From: an uncultured virus (IMG/VR IMGVR_UViG_3300006752_000020)
Lineage: Duplodnaviria; Heunggongvirae; Uroviricota; Caudoviricetes
Direction: 5' to 3' (one strand)
Length of the DNA: 64,000 bases
IMG/VR virus record: IMGVR_UViG_3300006752_000020
Of the stretch, positions 63,382 to 64,000 are shown piece after piece. Made by a program: the position numbers and the translations under genes. A model generated the notes under the pieces. It did no database searches, was not told the origin of the DNA, and worked only from the letters and a program-made list of their open reading frames with translations. Position 1 is the stretch's first letter, and each line of letters starts with the position of its first letter.

Positions 63382-64000
63382 TGGCCGAAATACCTAACAT
63401 TGATCTTTCAGTTCGGCAAATTAATATTAACTCACTAGGTATACCTGATGTGCCTAAATGGTTGACATCTGAACCACCTCAGGCTATACCAATCTATCCA
63501 CCAGTTACTTCACAAATTGGCACACCTATTATAAACATGCCAGGATGTGTTGAGTCTCATAGAGATAGTGGTGAGAATCAAACACTCAAGGAAGAAGATA
63601 AAGATGGTGTCCAGATATTTTGTGATGCAGGAACACCTAGTTTTAACCCAATAGATTATGATCCAAATAAGTTGGAGATAACAACAGAGTCTCCACCACC
63701 TCCACCCATTACACCTCCTGAGAAAGAAGATACTAAAACAGATACCGAAGCACCACCACCTCCTCCACCGCCTGCAAAGGCAGAGTGTCCTACAAGAGAG
63801 CAGCAGTTAAAGAACCCTGTAGGAAAAGTATTACAAAATGATAAAAAAATTACTAGGTATGAGACAGTAGGAAAAGAATGTCTCCCCGTATTTGAGAATT
63901 TAAATATACCAGATCAGATTATTGCTAACCTACCATCTCCAGGTGCTGTAACTGTTACCGCCTCAATTGCTGTAGTCGCGACGACATCTGCACTGCTTGC
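63381..64000 (+). CDS. proline-rich cyanophage protein (partial, runs off window)
   Basis: Own translation MAEIPNIDLS...PPVTSQIGTPIINMPGCVESH...FCDAGTPSFNPIDY...PPPPP; TGATG coupling. Confidence 0.75.
   Translation, partial: MAEIPNIDLSVRQININSLGIPDVPKWLTSEPPQAIPIYPPVTSQIGTPIINMPGCVESHRDSGENQTLKEEDKDGVQIFCDAGTPSFNPIDYDPNKLEITTESPPPPPITPPEKEDTKTDTEAPPPPPPPAKAECPTREQQLKNPVGKVLQNDKKITRYETVGKECLPVFENLNIPDQIIANLPSPGAVTVTASIAVVATTSALL

Noticed and set aside
1..64000. tRNA genes, introns, inteins, homing endonucleases, transposases
   Set aside because: No cloverleaf or T-loop signatures in the spacers, the large ORFs are uninterrupted, and no HNH, GIY-YIG, LAGLIDADG or DDE motifs were recognised by eye. 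tRNAscan and HMM searches were not run.

Overview
This window is 64 kb of a T4-like marine cyanophage (cyanomyovirus) genome, almost all coded on the minus strand. Left to right it holds five blocks. (1) An auxiliary metabolic cluster: partial gnd-like gene, petF, petE. (2) The late morphogenesis block: terminase small subunit gp16, gp15, gp14, gp13, a 2260-aa repeat-rich fibre, a 2440-aa VrlC-like structural protein, and baseplate gp8/gp7/gp6/gp25, with T4-type (T/A/G)ATAAATA or CTAAATA late promoter motifs. (3) A ~520-bp non-coding control region (40150-40670) with divergent sigma70-like promoters between two CTCAGA repeat clusters. (4) A ~12-kb early region of small ORFs. It has at least 7-8 promoters that share a 7-4-7 palindrome exactly 32 nt upstream of the -10 box, plus duplicated promoter-ORF-hairpin cassettes. 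Its genes include a HicA-like protein, a phage-lysozyme domain, an SF2 helicase, an orphan restriction-endonuclease-like protein, a degenerate flavin halogenase and a protein with ligase-type motifs. (5) A tail-fibre module: an S74-chaperone fibre, a second fibre, a gp38-like Gly-X-Pro adhesin with an Arg-rich insert and an adjacent 2OG-Fe(II) oxygenase, ending at back-to-back late promoters. No tRNA, rRNA, CRISPR array or transposase was seen. All family assignments come from reading motifs by eye, not from database searches.
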